This document shows positions 11,724 to 22,787 of a stretch of 64,000 bases of DNA, one piece after another. Each line of letters starts with the position of its first letter. The stretch's first letter is position 1. The stretch covers positions 3,270,310 through 3,334,309 of the forward strand of contig OZ253942.1 in assembly GCA_965267195.1 (NCBI GenBank), in the 5' to 3' direction. The notes under the pieces are model-generated. The model was not told where the DNA came from, made no database searches, and saw only the letters and a list, made by a program, of their open reading frames with translations. Position numbers and translations under genes: made by a program. This stretch comes from Pseudomonadales bacterium (lineage in GTDB: Bacteria > Pseudomonadota > Gammaproteobacteria > Pseudomonadales > Azotimanducaceae).

Positions 11724-12725
11724 ATGCCCCATTCTTCATTAGAGTTTTTGACACCGAAGCACATTCAGGTAGATCAGCAGAGCACGACTCGCGCCAGCGT
11801 GGTTCTCGAGCCTCTCGAGCGAGGTTTCGGCCACACACTGGGTAACGCACTGCGAAGAATTCTCCTGTCTTCTATGCCAGGTTGCGCAATCGTCGAAGCT
11901 GAAATCGACGGCGTGCTGCACGAATACAGCACCATTGAAGGTGTTCAGGAAGACGTGATTGAAATTCTGCTTAACCTGAAAGGCGTCGCGGTCAAACTGA
12001 ACTCTGTTGATGAAGCCGAGATCACGCTTGAAAAGCAGGGTCCTGGTGTTGTGACTGCTGGTGACTTCCAGCTGGGTCACGATATTGAAATTGCAAATCC
12101 AGAGCACGTGATCGCGAATCTGAACGAAAATGGTTCTATCAAACTGCGCGCTCAGGTTGGCCGCGGTCGTGGTTATGAGCCTGCAGATATCCGAATGGCT
12201 GATGAAGAAGAAAGCCGCGTTATTGGTTCTTTGCTTCTAGATGCTTCTTACAGCCCTGTTCGTCGCGTTTCTTACAAAGTCGACAGCGCTCGTGTTGAGC
12301 AACGTACTGACCTCGACAAGCTGATCATCGACCTTGAAACCAACGGTACGATCGATCCTGAAGAAGCGATCCGTCGTGCTGCGACGATTCTGCAGCAGCA
12401 GGTTGCGATCTTTGTTGACCTGGAAAGCGAAAATGAGCCGGAAGTGGTTGAAGAAGAAGACGAGATCGATCCGATCCTGCTTCGTCCGGTTGACGACCTT
12501 GAGCTGACAGTTCGTTCCGCGAACTGCCTGAAGGCTGAAAACATTTACTACATTGGTGATCTGATCCGCAGAACTGAAGTAGAACTGTTGAAGACACCAA
12601 ACCTTGGCAAGAAGTCTCTGACTGAAATCAAAGACGTTCTGGCTTCACGTGGCCTTTCTCTGGGCATGCGCCTTGAGAACTGGCCGCCTTCAAGCCTCCG
12701 AGGTGATGACCGAGTACTGGGTTAA
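11724..12725 (+). CDS. rpoA: DNA-directed RNA polymerase subunit alpha
   Basis: 333 aa. The RpoA NTD and CTD are recognisable ([18 protein letters not shown]; [16 protein letters not shown]). Confidence 0.98.
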   Translation: MPHSSLEFLTPKHIQVDQQSTTRASVVLEPLERGFGHTLGNALRRILLSSMPGCAIVEAEIDGVLHEYSTIEGVQEDVIEILLNLKGVAVKLNSVDEAEITLEKQGPGVVTAGDFQLGHDIEIANPEHVIANLNENGSIKLRAQVGRGRGYEPADIRMADEEESRVIGSLLLDASYSPVRRVSYKVDSARVEQRTDLDKLIIDLETNGTIDPEEAIRRAATILQQQVAIFVDLESENEPEVVEEEDEIDPILLRPVDDLELTVRSANCLKAENIYYIGDLIRRTEVELLKTPNLGKKSLTEIKDVLASRGLSLGMRLENWPPSSLRGDDRVLG

Positions 12726-12761
12726 ACAGAAGCCCGAAAGAGATAAACAGGAAGATACGTC

Positions 12762-13169
12762 ATGCGCCATAGAAAGAGTGGTAGACAGTTAAATAGGAAC
12801 AGCTCGCACCGTAAGGCAATGTTCCGCAATATGGCCTGTTCCTTGTTTGAGCACGAAGTCATCAAGACGACTGTGCCCAAGGCAAAGGAACTGAAGCGCG
12901 TTGCTGAGCCTCTGATTACGCTGGCAAAGGAAGACTCCGTTGCGAATCGTCGTCTTGCTTTTGCACGCACCGGCAGCAAAGCAGCTGTAGGTAAGCTGTT
13001 TGGTGAACTTGGTCCGCGTTACCAGGATCGCCCCGGTGGTTACACTCGAATCCTGAAGTGTGGCTTCCGTGCAGGTGATGCAGCGCCTATGGCGTTCGTT
13101 GAACTTGTTGATCGTCCGTTGCCCGACAACGATGACGACTTCGATGATTTCGAGGACGATGAGGAATAG
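12762..13169 (+). CDS. rplQ: 50S ribosomal protein L17 with acidic C-terminal tail
   Basis: 135 aa with N-terminus [17 protein letters not shown]. The tail is [14 protein letters not shown]. Confidence 0.97.
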   Translation: MRHRKSGRQLNRNSSHRKAMFRNMACSLFEHEVIKTTVPKAKELKRVAEPLITLAKEDSVANRRLAFARTGSKAAVGKLFGELGPRYQDRPGGYTRILKCGFRAGDAAPMAFVELVDRPLPDNDDDFDDFEDDEE

Positions 13170-13188
13170 CTTCCTGTTGTAAATTCTT

Positions 13189-13217
13189 AAAGGCCGGGTC
13201 ATACCCGGCCTTTTTGT
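13189..13217 (+). terminator. Rho-independent terminator of the alpha operon
   Basis: The 9-bp stem AGGCCGGGT (13191-13199) pairs with ACCCGGCCT (13203-13211) around a 3-nt loop. It runs into TTTTTG, 20 nt after the rplQ stop. Confidence 0.85.
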
Positions 13218-13264
13218 TTGAACCAAAATTACGAGTAACCGTTCACCAAAAAAAGGGAACCAGT

Positions 13265-14440
13265 GTGGTCAGTTCATTTAATCCAACTCCCAGAACCTTG
13301 ATGGGTCCTGGACCTTCAGACGTAAACCCAAGAATCCTCAGTGCGCTGGCGAGACCTACCATCGGTCATCTGGATCCTGAATTTATTCGGCTGATGGACG
13401 AAACCAAGCAGCTGTTGCAGTACGCGTTTCAAACGAAGAATGAGCTGACCATCCCCGTGTCGGCGCCTGGTTCAGCTGGCATGGAAACCTGTTTTGTAAA
13501 CCTGGTAGAACCTGGTGACAAAGTTATCGTCTGCGTAAATGGTGTATTCGGCGGTCGAATGGCGGACAACGTCAGGCGTGTCGGTGGTGAAGCCGTTCTG
13601 GTCGAAGATGAATGGGGTACACCAGTTGATCCAGAGAAACTGAAAGCGACCCTGAGCGAAAACAGTGACGCAAAAATAGTCGCCTTTGTGCACGCAGAGA
13701 CATCCACAGGCGTACGTTCAGATGCGAAAACACTGTGTTCTATTGCAAAAGAACATGATTGCCTGACCATCGTCGACTGTGTGACATCGTTAGCAGGTGT
13801 CGAGGTGAATCTAGATGATTGGGGCGCTGATGCCGCATACAGCGGTACCCAGAAGTGCCTGTCCTGTGTACCGGGTTTATCTCCCATCAGCCTGAGCGAT
13901 GCAGCGGTGAAACGAATCAAGAGCAGGACCACTCAAGTGAGTTCCTGGTTCCTCGATCTTAACCTTGTGATGGGTTACTGGGGTGAAGGCCAGACCAGGG
14001 CCTATCATCACACGGCACCGGTTAATGCGCTTTATGGATTACATGAGTCCCTGGTGATCCTTGAAGAGGAAGGGCTTGAAGCCTCCTGGGCACGACATCA
14101 GAAGAATCACCTGGCACTTCGTGCGGGTCTTGAGGCACTGGGTCTGGAATTCATCGTTGCTGAAGATTATCGACTGCCACAACTCAACGCCGTCACTATT
14201 CCCGATGGCGTTGATGAAGGTTCTGTTCGCAAACAGCTATTGCAGCAGTTCAATCTCGAGATTGGTGCGGGTCTGGGTGCGCTAGCAGGAAAAGTGTGGC
14301 GCATTGGGTTGATGGGATATGCCAGTAACCCACGGAATGTCTTGTTCTGCACGAATGCGCTTGAATCCGTGTTAAGTGGCTACAACGCGCACATTAATAA
14401 GGGTGTTGCGACAGACGCGGTTCAGAAAGCTTACGGCTAG
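13265..14440 (+). CDS. class-V PLP aminotransferase (alanine-glyoxylate / serine-pyruvate aminotransferase family)
   Basis: LMGPGPS N-terminal motif and SGTQKCLS (PLP-Lys context). The tracked TTG start at 13214 lies inside the terminator T-run. The in-frame GTG at 13265 has an AAGGGA 6 nt upstream, so the start is uncertain. Confidence 0.8.
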   Translation: MVSSFNPTPRTLMGPGPSDVNPRILSALARPTIGHLDPEFIRLMDETKQLLQYAFQTKNELTIPVSAPGSAGMETCFVNLVEPGDKVIVCVNGVFGGRMADNVRRVGGEAVLVEDEWGTPVDPEKLKATLSENSDAKIVAFVHAETSTGVRSDAKTLCSIAKEHDCLTIVDCVTSLAGVEVNLDDWGADAAYSGTQKCLSCVPGLSPISLSDAAVKRIKSRTTQVSSWFLDLNLVMGYWGEGQTRAYHHTAPVNALYGLHESLVILEEEGLEASWARHQKNHLALRAGLEALGLEFIVAEDYRLPQLNAVTIPDGVDEGSVRKQLLQQFNLEIGAGLGALAGKVWRIGLMGYASNPRNVLFCTNALESVLSGYNAHINKGVATDAVQKAYG

Positions 14441-17262
14441 GTCAGTACTTTCTTTAGAAACTGACCTGTAAATGATTGTTTCATATCGGCGACCGCTTCA
14501 GGTGTGCCTTCTGCGATGATCTGACCACCACCTGAACCACCCTCGGGACCCAGATCAACGATCCAGTCCGCTGTCTTGATCACGTCGAGGTTATGTTCGA
14601 TCACAACAATCGTGTTGCCATGATCGCGTAGTCGATGGATAACTTCGAGGAGTTGCTGAATATCATGGAAATGCAGCCCGGTGGTTGGCTCATCCAGGAT
14701 GTAGAGCGTCTGGCCCGTATCTCGCTTGGAGAGCTCCCGGGCCAGCTTTACCCGTTGTGCTTCACCACCTGAAAGCGTTGTCGCGCTCTGACCCAGTTTG
14801 ATGTATCCAAGACCGACGTCCAGCAGTGTTTGAAGGCGACGTTCAACCATTGGGACGGCGTTCAGAAATTCGTGCGCGTCCTCGACAGTCATTTCGAGCA
14901 CTTCATGGATGTTCTTTCCCTTGTAGAGAATTTCCAGGGTTTCGCGGTTATACCTTTTGCCCTGACACTCATCACAGGTGACGTAAACATCTGGAAGAAA
15001 GTGCATCTCTACTTTAATCAGGCCATCACCTTGGCAAGCTTCACAGCGACCGCCTTTAACGTTGAAACTGAAACGACCCAGCTTATAACCGCGGGATCTC
15101 GCTTCCTGAGTGGCAGCGAACAGTTCGCGGATGGGTGTGAAAATATTGGTGTAGGTTGCCGGATTGGATCGCGGTGTTCTGCCGATCGGGCTTTGGTCGA
15201 TATCGACGACCTTATCCAACTGATCAAGTCCGATGATTTCATCATAGGCGGCAACCTGCGGATTGGTTGCACCGTTCAGTTCACGAGCTGCAATCGGGTA
15301 AAGCGTTTGATTGATCAGTGTAGATTTCCCGGAACCAGAGACGCCAGTCACGCAAGTCATCAGCCCAAGAGGAATTTTGAGATCAAGTTTCAGAAGGTTG
15401 TTACCAGCGGCGCCTTTCAGCTCCAACACCTTCTCCTCGTCGTACTCATGGCGTTCCGCAGGCACTTCAATCTGTCTTTTTCCTGAAAGAAATTGACCGG
15501 TAATAGACGTTTTTGATTTGAGGATGTCCTTTAGTAGACCTGATGCCACGATTTCGCCACCGTGGACACCAGCACCGGGTCCGATATCGACGATGAAGTC
15601 TGCGGCTCTAATGGCGTCTTCATCGTGTTCCACAATGATGACGGTGTTGCCCAGGTCTCGCAGCCGGGTGAGTGTTCCCAGCAGTCTTTCGTTGTCTCGC
15701 TGGTGCAAGCCGATAGATGGCTCATCCAGGATGTACATGACGCCGACGAGACCCGCGCCAATTTGGCTGGCCAGCCGGATTCTTTGCGCTTCACCGCCTG
15801 ACAGGGTGTCAGCACTGCGAGACAGGGTCAGGTAATCCAATCCTACATCCATCAGGAATCCCAATCTCGCTTCAATCTCTTTCAGAATTTTCTCGGCAAT
15901 CTTTGCCCGTTGCCCGGTCAGTTTGAGGGACGCAAAGTAATCGTGTGCATCACCTACCGAGTGATTGGTGATTTTTGACAGCGAGCTTCCTTTGATCGTC
16001 ACCGCGCGTGCATCCGCATTCAGTCGATCACCGCCGCAATCCGGACAGGCCTGGGTACTCAGGAACTTGGATAGGTTCTCGCGAACCATCTGCGAGTCTG
16101 TTTCGCGGTAGCGACGTTCCATGTTGGGAATAATGCCTTCGAAGGAATGTGCGCGGGTGTACTCATCACCGCGGTCATTGACGTAGCGGAACTGAATTTT
16201 TTCACTGCCACTGCCTCGTAGAACAACTTTCTGGTGTTTCGCAGATAACTCTTTAAACGGCGTTGCGACATCAAAACCATAGTGTTCAGCGATCGAACCG
16301 AGCATTTGGAAGTAGTAAATGTTGCGTCGGTCCCAGCCGTGAATGGCGCCTTCAGCTAAAGAGAGCTCAGGATCTTGAACAACGTTGTCTGGATCAAAGA
16401 ATTGTCTGAGACCCAGGCCGTCGCAGGTCTGACAGGCTCCGGCAGGATTGTTGAATGAAAACAGTCTGGGCTCTAGCTCCTGGATTGCATGACCGCAAAC
16501 GGGGCAGGCAAAGCGGGAAGAAAACAACAGGTCTTCTTGCTCACCATCCATAAAGTTCACGGCAGCGATGCCGTCAGACACCTGAACCGCTGTTTCAAAA
16601 GAATCCGCCAGACGTGTCTTCAGATCCGGGCGAATGCGGAAGCGATCAACAACCACCTCAATGGTGTGTTTCTTGTTTTTATCGAGAGAAGGTGTGTCGT
16701 CCAGATCTGTGACGATGCCATCAATGCGTGCGCGCACAAAACCTTGGGTCGCCAGTTGTTTGAATACATGCAGGTGTTCACCCTTTCGCTCGCGAACAAC
16801 CGGTGCCAGGAGATTAACGCGAGTGCCTTCTGGTAGCGCGAGCACCTGATCCACCATTTGGCTGATCGACTGTGCTTCGAGCTTCTCCCCATGGGTTGGG
16901 CAGTGCGGCTCACCGATACGTGCAAACAGCAGGCGCAGGTAATCATAGATCTCGGTAATTGTGCCGACCGTTGATCTTGGATTGTGGCTTGTAGATTTTT
17001 GCTCAATGGAAATCGCCGGAGATAAACCGTCTATGTATTCGACGTCAGGCTTTTCCATCAATGAAAGGAACTGTCGTGCATAGGCAGACAGTGATTCGAC
17101 ATATCGACGCTGACCTTCAGCGTACAGAGTGTCGAATGCCAGGGAGGACTTTCCAGAGCCGGATAGTCCAGTCACCACGATCAATTTGTCCCTGGGTATA
17201 TCCAGGCTGACATCTTTCAGGTTGTGTGTCTTGGCACCATGAATCGATATCGTCGATGTCAT
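14437..17262 (-). CDS. uvrA: excinuclease ABC subunit A
   Basis: 941 aa with two Walker A sites ([18 protein letters not shown]), zinc-finger Cys pairs and LSGGEAQR signatures. Confidence 0.98.
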   Translation of the reverse strand: MTSTISIHGAKTHNLKDVSLDIPRDKLIVVTGLSGSGKSSLAFDTLYAEGQRRYVESLSAYARQFLSLMEKPDVEYIDGLSPAISIEQKSTSHNPRSTVGTITEIYDYLRLLFARIGEPHCPTHGEKLEAQSISQMVDQVLALPEGTRVNLLAPVVRERKGEHLHVFKQLATQGFVRARIDGIVTDLDDTPSLDKNKKHTIEVVVDRFRIRPDLKTRLADSFETAVQVSDGIAAVNFMDGEQEDLLFSSRFACPVCGHAIQELEPRLFSFNNPAGACQTCDGLGLRQFFDPDNVVQDPELSLAEGAIHGWDRRNIYYFQMLGSIAEHYGFDVATPFKELSAKHQKVVLRGSGSEKIQFRYVNDRGDEYTRAHSFEGIIPNMERRYRETDSQMVRENLSKFLSTQACPDCGGDRLNADARAVTIKGSSLSKITNHSVGDAHDYFASLKLTGQRAKIAEKILKEIEARLGFLMDVGLDYLTLSRSADTLSGGEAQRIRLASQIGAGLVGVMYILDEPSIGLHQRDNERLLGTLTRLRDLGNTVIIVEHDEDAIRAADFIVDIGPGAGVHGGEIVASGLLKDILKSKTSITGQFLSGKRQIEVPAERHEYDEEKVLELKGAAGNNLLKLDLKIPLGLMTCVTGVSGSGKSTLINQTLYPIAARELNGATNPQVAAYDEIIGLDQLDKVVDIDQSPIGRTPRSNPATYTNIFTPIRELFAATQEARSRGYKLGRFSFNVKGGRCEACQGDGLIKVEMHFLPDVYVTCDECQGKRYNRETLEILYKGKNIHEVLEMTVEDAHEFLNAVPMVERRLQTLLDVGLGYIKLGQSATTLSGGEAQRVKLARELSKRDTGQTLYILDEPTTGLHFHDIQQLLEVIHRLRDHGNTIVVIEHNLDVIKTADWIVDLGPEGGSGGGQIIAEGTPEAVADMKQSFTGQFLKKVLT

Positions 17263-17497
17263 CGAATTGCAGTATTCCGGTTAGGTTTTGTCGTTCAGTT
17301 GTGTGGCCAGGGCAGGTCTTGAGCTGCCGGAGGAGGTCGATTTTTGTTATCATCTGCGGCGTACAGCACAGTGACTTCTGCTGAGTTTCGCCTCCAAAAG
17401 CCTACCCCGTTGAGCAGGGCACTGATGTTATAAGTTTGTTCGTCCTCGCGCAAAAAGAATGCGTGTCTGAGTTACAAAAAGCAGTGGTAATCCCGGT

Positions 17498-18832
17498 ATG
17501 AATCAACAGGAACTGAGTGCGGCTTCAGCCATTGGAGCGCTGTATCTCGTTCGGATGCTTGGTCTGTTCATGGTTTTACCAGTACTACCTTTGGCGACCG
17601 ATGACATCCCCCTGGCGACACCTCTGTTGATTGGTATAGCCATCGGTATCTATGGATTGTCTCAAGGGCTGCTTCAGATCCCGCTGGGTTTTCTGTCCGA
17701 CCGCTACGGGCGAAAACCGGTGATTGCTGCTGGCCTGCTGATTTTTATTGTTGGAAGTTTTGTCGCGGGATCTGCGCAGGATATCTACCAGTTAATCATC
17801 GGGCGGTTCCTCCAGGGTTGCGGTGCGATTGCCAGCACCCTCCTGGCTTTGATGGCTGATGTCACCCGTGTCGATCAGAGATCCAAATCGATGGCCATCA
17901 TTGGTATCGCTATAGCGGGTTCTTTCGGGTTGGCGCTGATCCTGGGTCCGTTGGTGGCTGCGCACTTTGGCGTCGCGGGTATTTTTAATCTCACCGGTGT
18001 TCTCGGCATCCTTGGACTATTGCTGCTCTTTACACGAGTGCCTTCACCGACCGTGATGGCGAATAATCTCGACTCAGCCCTCCAAACAGATCTGCTCAAG
18101 GCAACACTCGGTAACCCGAATCTTTGGCGTCTGAATACCAGCATTTTCATCCTGCACCTGTTGTTGGTTAGCGGATTTTCAGTTTTCCCTCTGCTTTTTG
18201 AGGCGACCGGCGAGATTGCTGAGGGTGACCACTACCTTTATTACTTTGGACTGCTGGTGCTGTCTTTTGTCGGCATGGTACCCATTATGACGTTGTCAGA
18301 TCGGCTTCCTGACGCACGACCCATTCTGCTCTCAATGATCGGGACCTGTTTCCTTGGGTTTCTGCTGCTCAGCCAGGATCAGGGTTACCTCGTGGTTTTG
18401 GCTGGTATCACGCTGTTCTTTATGGGATTTAATCTGCTGGAAGTGGTGCTCCCGGCACAGGTCAGCAAGCTGTCCGGAGCCGGTGCTCGCGGCACGTCCA
18501 TGGGGGTATACACGACCTGTCAGTTCCTTGGGATATTTGCGGGTGGGCTCATCAGCGGCTGGATATTGACCGAGTACGACCCGACGGTGCTCCTGTGGGT
18601 GAATATGGGCATCGTGGCGATATGGTTCACCGTTTGTGTGGGTTTTCCCCGCTTGGGTGATATTGGCAGCCGGACAATTTCGCTGGTTAATCTGCCAAAG
18701 GCGAGTGCCAAAGAAAGGTTGGAAGCGTTATCATCTGTCGACGGCGTTCTCGACGTTGTCGTCATAGAAGAAGAACAAGTGGCCTACCTGAAAGTGGACG
18801 AAGAACGTTTTCAGGATGAATTTTTAGAGTAA
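17498..18832 (+). CDS. MFS transporter, YajR-like, with a small C-terminal cytoplasmic domain
   Basis: 444 aa, 12-TM-like, with MFS motif GFLSDRYGRKP. The C-terminal ~60 aa is soluble (…VDGVLDVVVIEEEQVAYLKVDE…). Same uvrA-MFS-ssb arrangement as in Pseudomonas. Confidence 0.85.
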   Translation: MNQQELSAASAIGALYLVRMLGLFMVLPVLPLATDDIPLATPLLIGIAIGIYGLSQGLLQIPLGFLSDRYGRKPVIAAGLLIFIVGSFVAGSAQDIYQLIIGRFLQGCGAIASTLLALMADVTRVDQRSKSMAIIGIAIAGSFGLALILGPLVAAHFGVAGIFNLTGVLGILGLLLLFTRVPSPTVMANNLDSALQTDLLKATLGNPNLWRLNTSIFILHLLLVSGFSVFPLLFEATGEIAEGDHYLYYFGLLVLSFVGMVPIMTLSDRLPDARPILLSMIGTCFLGFLLLSQDQGYLVVLAGITLFFMGFNLLEVVLPAQVSKLSGAGARGTSMGVYTTCQFLGIFAGGLISGWILTEYDPTVLLWVNMGIVAIWFTVCVGFPRLGDIGSRTISLVNLPKASAKERLEALSSVDGVLDVVVIEEEQVAYLKVDEERFQDEFLE

Positions 18833-18844
18833 CAGGAGATCAGT

Positions 18845-19321
18845 ATGGCTCGCGGAATTAATAAGGTAATCCTCGTCGGAAACCTGGGCAGGGACCCTGA
18901 AACGCGATATATGCCGAGCGGTGGAGCTGTCACCAACGCATCGTTAGCAACCTCGAAGCAATGGCGAGATCGTGATTCCGGGGAGCAGAAAGAGCGTACT
19001 GAATGGCACCGGGTCGTATTCTTTAATCGGCTGGCAGAAATTGCTGGTGAATATCTGAAGAAAGGTTCCAAGGTATACATCGAAGGTGAGCTGCGTACCC
19101 GTGACTGGGAACGTGACGGTCAAAAACACTACACCACGGAGATTGTGGCCAATGAGATGCAGATGCTCGATGGTCGCGGTGAGATGGGTGGCGGTGGTGC
19201 GCCTATGGGCGGCGGATCCGGTGGCGGTGGTAACTTTGGTGGTGGTGGCTCAGGCGGTGGTCCTGCAGATGACTTCGGTCCGCCTCCTTCAGATGACTTC
19301 GACGACGATATTCCGTTCTAA
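18845..19321 (+). CDS. ssb: single-stranded DNA-binding protein
   Basis: 158 aa with an OB-fold N-terminus ([19 protein letters not shown]), a Gly-rich linker and a DDDIPF tail. Confidence 0.98.
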   Translation: MARGINKVILVGNLGRDPETRYMPSGGAVTNASLATSKQWRDRDSGEQKERTEWHRVVFFNRLAEIAGEYLKKGSKVYIEGELRTRDWERDGQKHYTTEIVANEMQMLDGRGEMGGGGAPMGGGSGGGGNFGGGGSGGGPADDFGPPPSDDFDDDIPF

Positions 19322-19322
19322 A

Positions 19323-20114
19323 CTAGACGATCATCAAAAGCAGGATGATCCCAAGGATCATCCTGTAAATCACAAACGGCAGATAGCCAACCCTCTCAAT
19401 CACCGCCAGCAGCCATGCGATACAGGCGTAGGCTGATATGCCCGCAACCGTTGTCCCAATGAGCAACACAGTCCACTGAACGGGAGCAGGATCGTGGGTG
19501 ATGTCCCACAGTTTGAGCGCCGCTGCACCTGCAATGGTTGGAATCGCGATCAGCAAGGAGAACCTGGCGGCTTCGGTGCGGGACTGTCCCAACAATAAAG
19601 CCATGGTCATGGTAACGCCGCTTCTCGAAGTACCGGGTATGAGGGCAAAGCATTGGGCAATACCGACAGCAAAAGCTCTCATGGGGGTGAGTGGACTACT
19701 CTCTTGATTTCGGAAGTGGTCAGCCAGCCAGAGTGCGATACCAAAGACTATGGTTGCTGCAGCGATGACCTCAAGACTGCGCAGTTCCGCTTCAATGACA
19801 AAGCGCGACAGATAACCGATGGGGATGATTGGCAGGCTCGCGATAACCACGTTGTAAGCAAGGCGGCTGGCGTCGCTGGATTCGCCAGCACTCACATGGC
19901 GGTGCACGCCCAGGAGCAGTTCCTGGAGTTGTGTTCTGAAGTAGATCAGTACCGCAAAAAGCGAGCCCAGATGCACCGCTGTGTCGAACGCCAGACCCTG
20001 ATCCGGCCATCCCAGTATCTTCCCGGGAAGTATGAGGTGTGCGGAACTGGAGATTGGCAGAAACTCCGTAATACCCTGGACAAGAGCCAGCACAATCGCC
20101 TGTAGTACATCCAT
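19323..20114 (-). CDS. uppP: undecaprenyl-diphosphate phosphatase
   Basis: ~263 aa membrane protein with BacA motifs (GITEFLPISSSAHL, PGTSRSG). The ATG at 20114 is preferred over the GTG at 20117. Confidence 0.95.
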   Translation of the reverse strand: MDVLQAIVLALVQGITEFLPISSSAHLILPGKILGWPDQGLAFDTAVHLGSLFAVLIYFRTQLQELLLGVHRHVSAGESSDASRLAYNVVIASLPIIPIGYLSRFVIEAELRSLEVIAAATIVFGIALWLADHFRNQESSPLTPMRAFAVGIAQCFALIPGTSRSGVTMTMALLLGQSRTEAARFSLLIAIPTIAGAAALKLWDITHDPAPVQWTVLLIGTTVAGISAYACIAWLLAVIERVGYLPFVIYRMILGIILLLMIV

Positions 20115-20173
20115 CACGGGAGTTTAGCGGCCCACCGCTGGAAGTGCTAACAGTGCATCTCTATTATGTCGTT

Positions 20174-20776
20174 ATGAAGGAAATCCCACTCTTCCCCTTG
20201 CCACTTGTCCTGTTTCCGGGAGGCAGACTGCCGCTCCAGGTTTTCGAAACCCGCTACCTGGATATGGTGAAAAGTTGCCTGCGTGAAAGCAGCGGCTTTG
20301 GTGTTGTCATGATCACCGAGGGCAATCAGATTTTGTCAAACCCTGAAGAGCAGCTTCCGGAAATCTCTCATTGCGGTACCTATTGTGAAATCGTTGATTT
20401 CGATCAGCACTCCAACGGGCTGCTCAGCATTGTTGCTGAGGGTAAGCAAAAATTTGCGATCCGCGATCAATATGAACTACCTGACAGATTAATGATGGCG
20501 CAGGTGGAGTTCATTGAAGAGGAAGAAGAGGTGGCTATGCCGGAAGAGCGAGAACATCTCTCCGGGCTGCTGGAATCCCTGATGTCTCACGAAGCCGTAC
20601 AGCGTCTGGGTTTGTCATGCGACCTTGGGCAGGCGGTTGAAGTCAGTGCACGACTGACGGAGTTGTTGCCGTGTCCGAATCACTTCAAGCAGCGACTGCT
20701 GGAACTTAAAGACCCGCTCGTTCGATTAAGCGAACTGGATAAGCTGGTTGAGAGAATACAGAAATCTAACGACTAG
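20174..20776 (+). CDS. LON N-terminal (substrate-binding) domain protein
   Basis: MKEIPLFPLPLVLFPGGRLPLQVFETRY is a typical LON-N/PUA-like domain start. The ATG at 20174 is preferred over the GTG at 20144. Confidence 0.8.
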   Translation: MKEIPLFPLPLVLFPGGRLPLQVFETRYLDMVKSCLRESSGFGVVMITEGNQILSNPEEQLPEISHCGTYCEIVDFDQHSNGLLSIVAEGKQKFAIRDQYELPDRLMMAQVEFIEEEEEVAMPEEREHLSGLLESLMSHEAVQRLGLSCDLGQAVEVSARLTELLPCPNHFKQRLLELKDPLVRLSELDKLVERIQKSND

Positions 20777-20787
20777 CCTTTTAGTGG

Positions 20788-21450
20788 CTAAGATGATGTT
20801 CGACGAATGATCACGTGATCGTCTTTGAGCGGATTCTTCGTTGCCAGGTGAGCGGAATCGAAATCGACGAAGCGATAGGGGAGATGTTCATCTCTGCCGC
20901 TTGGAATACCCAACCTTTTCGATTGGATCAGTTGTGAAGGGACGATACCCACATCGTCCAGGATAAGCTTTCCGCGTTTTAGTGTTTGCTGATTCCAGTC
21001 TGGCACTTTGAGACCCAGCGATCGACAAATCAGCGTTTGCCCGCTGCACAAACGTGACTCTTCCCTGGTGCGCCCGTTGATAGGATTCATCTCCTGCATG
21101 ACCGCAATGTTTTCTTGAGGCGACTTTGTATCGACGTGGACTCGTCCTGATTTAATGAGCACGCCGTTGCCTTCGCCTTGAGCGGAAAAGTTGAGGGAGT
21201 CACCACCCCTGGCGTAGTACATATATATAGTGCCGGGATCCATAAACATGGCTCGGCGCTTTTCGGTATAGCCCAGGGAAGAATGACTGCCTTTCTCTGA
21301 GCGATAGTAGGCCTCTGTCTCGATAATCCTGGCTGATAGCCAAATATCCCCATGAACCGGATGGTTAATGCGATGACGCAGTACTTTTCCTATGAGCGAT
21401 TGGGCCAGATCCAGCGGTTCGAGATTAAAAAAATCGGGTGACACCATCAT
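20788..21450 (-). CDS. mpg: DNA-3-methyladenine glycosylase (Mpg/AAG family)
   Basis: AAG-family motifs (LIGKVLRH, RIIETEAY, FMDPGTIYMYY). The tracked TTG start at 21498 leaves only 8 nt to proA. The ATG pair at 21450/21447 is more plausible. Confidence 0.82.
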   Translation of the reverse strand: MMVSPDFFNLEPLDLAQSLIGKVLRHRINHPVHGDIWLSARIIETEAYYRSEKGSHSSLGYTEKRRAMFMDPGTIYMYYARGGDSLNFSAQGEGNGVLIKSGRVHVDTKSPQENIAVMQEMNPINGRTREESRLCSGQTLICRSLGLKVPDWNQQTLKRGKLILDDVGIVPSQLIQSKRLGIPSGRDEHLPYRFVDFDSAHLATKNPLKDDHVIIRRTSS

Positions 21451-21463
21451 CTTCGATGCAGGG

Positions 21464-21469
21464 TATAAT
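21464..21469 (+). promoter_or_regulatory. candidate -10 box (TATAAT) for proA
   Basis: Perfect TATAAT about 40 nt upstream of the proA ATG. The only -35-like element (GTGACA, 21438-21443) sits at a non-optimal 20-nt spacing. Confidence 0.3.
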
Positions 21470-21509
21470 GCGCGGTTTTCAGAAAGACATTTTTGCAAGA
21501 TCTTAAGTG

Positions 21510-22775
21510 ATGGCGATTTCGGAGTACATGCAAACCGTTGGACAGCAGGCGCGAGCAGCTTCTGCTGAAGTGTGTCGTGCCTCCACGCAACTTAAGAATG
21601 ACGCACTGATGGCGATCGGCGATGCCATTCTGGCGCGACGAACGGAGCTGATGCAGGCCAATGAAAAGGATCTGGAAGCTGGGAGGAATAATGGTCTCTC
21701 TGATCCGCTCCTGGACAGGCTGACGTTCACGGAAGCGCGATTCGAATCTATGGTCGAAGGTTTGCAGCAGGTTGCTGCGCTGGAAGATCCCGTTGGCGAA
21801 ATCAGTGACATGTCTTATCAGCCGAACGGACTCCAGATTGGCCGTATGAGAACACCTCTCGGTGTCATAGGCATCATTTATGAATCCAGACCTAACGTCA
21901 CCATCGATGCGGCGAGCCTTTGTTTGAAATCAGGTAATGCGGCCATCCTTCGTGGCGGCTCTGAAGCTATCCACTCCAATCTTGGGCTGGCAGCCTGTTT
22001 GGAAGCAGGTCTGGATAAAGTGGGTCTGCCTGCTGCTTCATTGCAGATCATTCGGGATACCGATCGTGCCCTGGTGGGTGAGTTGATCACTATGAATGAC
22101 TATGTGGATGTCATCGTACCTCGCGGCGGAAACAGCCTGGTTGAACGCATCACCAATGAAGCGACGATTCCGGTCATTAAACACCTGGACGGCATTTGCC
22201 ATGTCTATATCGACGCGGACGCTGATATGGAAAAAGCCTATGCGATTTCCATTAACGCCAAGACTCAGCGATACGCGGTTTGTAATGCAATGGAGACCCT
22301 GCTCGTATCGCAAGATGTAGCTTCGTCAATCCTGCCGAGATTAGCCTCGGGCTACCAGGAACATGGGGTTGAATTGCGGGGCTGTGAAAAAACGGTCGAG
22401 ATACTTGGCAGTGAGGTGCAGGTCAGTCAGGCCGATGAGTCTGACTGGTATGCTGAATACCTTGCGCCGATCCTTGCGATTCGTGTTTTACCCGGTGTCG
22501 ACGAGGCCATCGATCACATCAACAAATATGGATCCAAGCATACCGATACCATCGTGACAGAAAATTATGGTGCTGGCAGACGGTTCCTGCGTGAGGTGGA
22601 CTCCAGTTCCGTCATGATCAACGCATCTCCAAGGTTTGCGGACGGCTTCGAGTATGGTCTTGGTGCCGAAGTTGGTATCTCTACGGATAAACTACACGCT
22701 CGCGGACCTGTGGGCCTAGAAGGCCTGACTTCCCAGAAATTCGTGGTATTTGGTGACGGTCAGATTCGTCAATAG
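21510..22775 (+). CDS. proA: gamma-glutamyl phosphate reductase
   Basis: ~421 aa, collinear with ProA ([49 protein letters not shown]). The start is ambiguous among 21507 (GTG), 21510 and 21528. Confidence 0.95.
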   Translation: MAISEYMQTVGQQARAASAEVCRASTQLKNDALMAIGDAILARRTELMQANEKDLEAGRNNGLSDPLLDRLTFTEARFESMVEGLQQVAALEDPVGEISDMSYQPNGLQIGRMRTPLGVIGIIYESRPNVTIDAASLCLKSGNAAILRGGSEAIHSNLGLAACLEAGLDKVGLPAASLQIIRDTDRALVGELITMNDYVDVIVPRGGNSLVERITNEATIPVIKHLDGICHVYIDADADMEKAYAISINAKTQRYAVCNAMETLLVSQDVASSILPRLASGYQEHGVELRGCEKTVEILGSEVQVSQADESDWYAEYLAPILAIRVLPGVDEAIDHINKYGSKHTDTIVTENYGAGRRFLREVDSSSVMINASPRFADGFEYGLGAEVGISTDKLHARGPVGLEGLTSQKFVVFGDGQIRQ

Positions 22776-22787
22776 GTCTATCTGCCT

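Noticed and set aside
13214-13264. TTG start at 13214 for the aminotransferase.
   Set aside because: It lies within the T-run of the rplQ terminator. The downstream GTG with a purine-rich RBS fits better.
14830-15486. A 218-aa plus-strand ORF inside uvrA, with similar long antisense ORFs at 23173..23817, 25579..26169, 28299..28760, 29947..30534, 34184..34747, 36354..36872, 39661..40134, 41024..41467, 47362..47871 and 51160..51702.
   Set aside because: These are antisense shadows within strongly supported genes. Their translations are low-complexity or unrecognisable, and they have no independent start context.
17263-17497. LexA/SOS box in the uvrA-MFS/ssb divergent region.
   Set aside because: No CTGT-N8-ACAG match was found by eye. 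The closest strings (CTGCGGCGTACAG, CTGATGTTATAAGTTTG) have the wrong spacing or arms.
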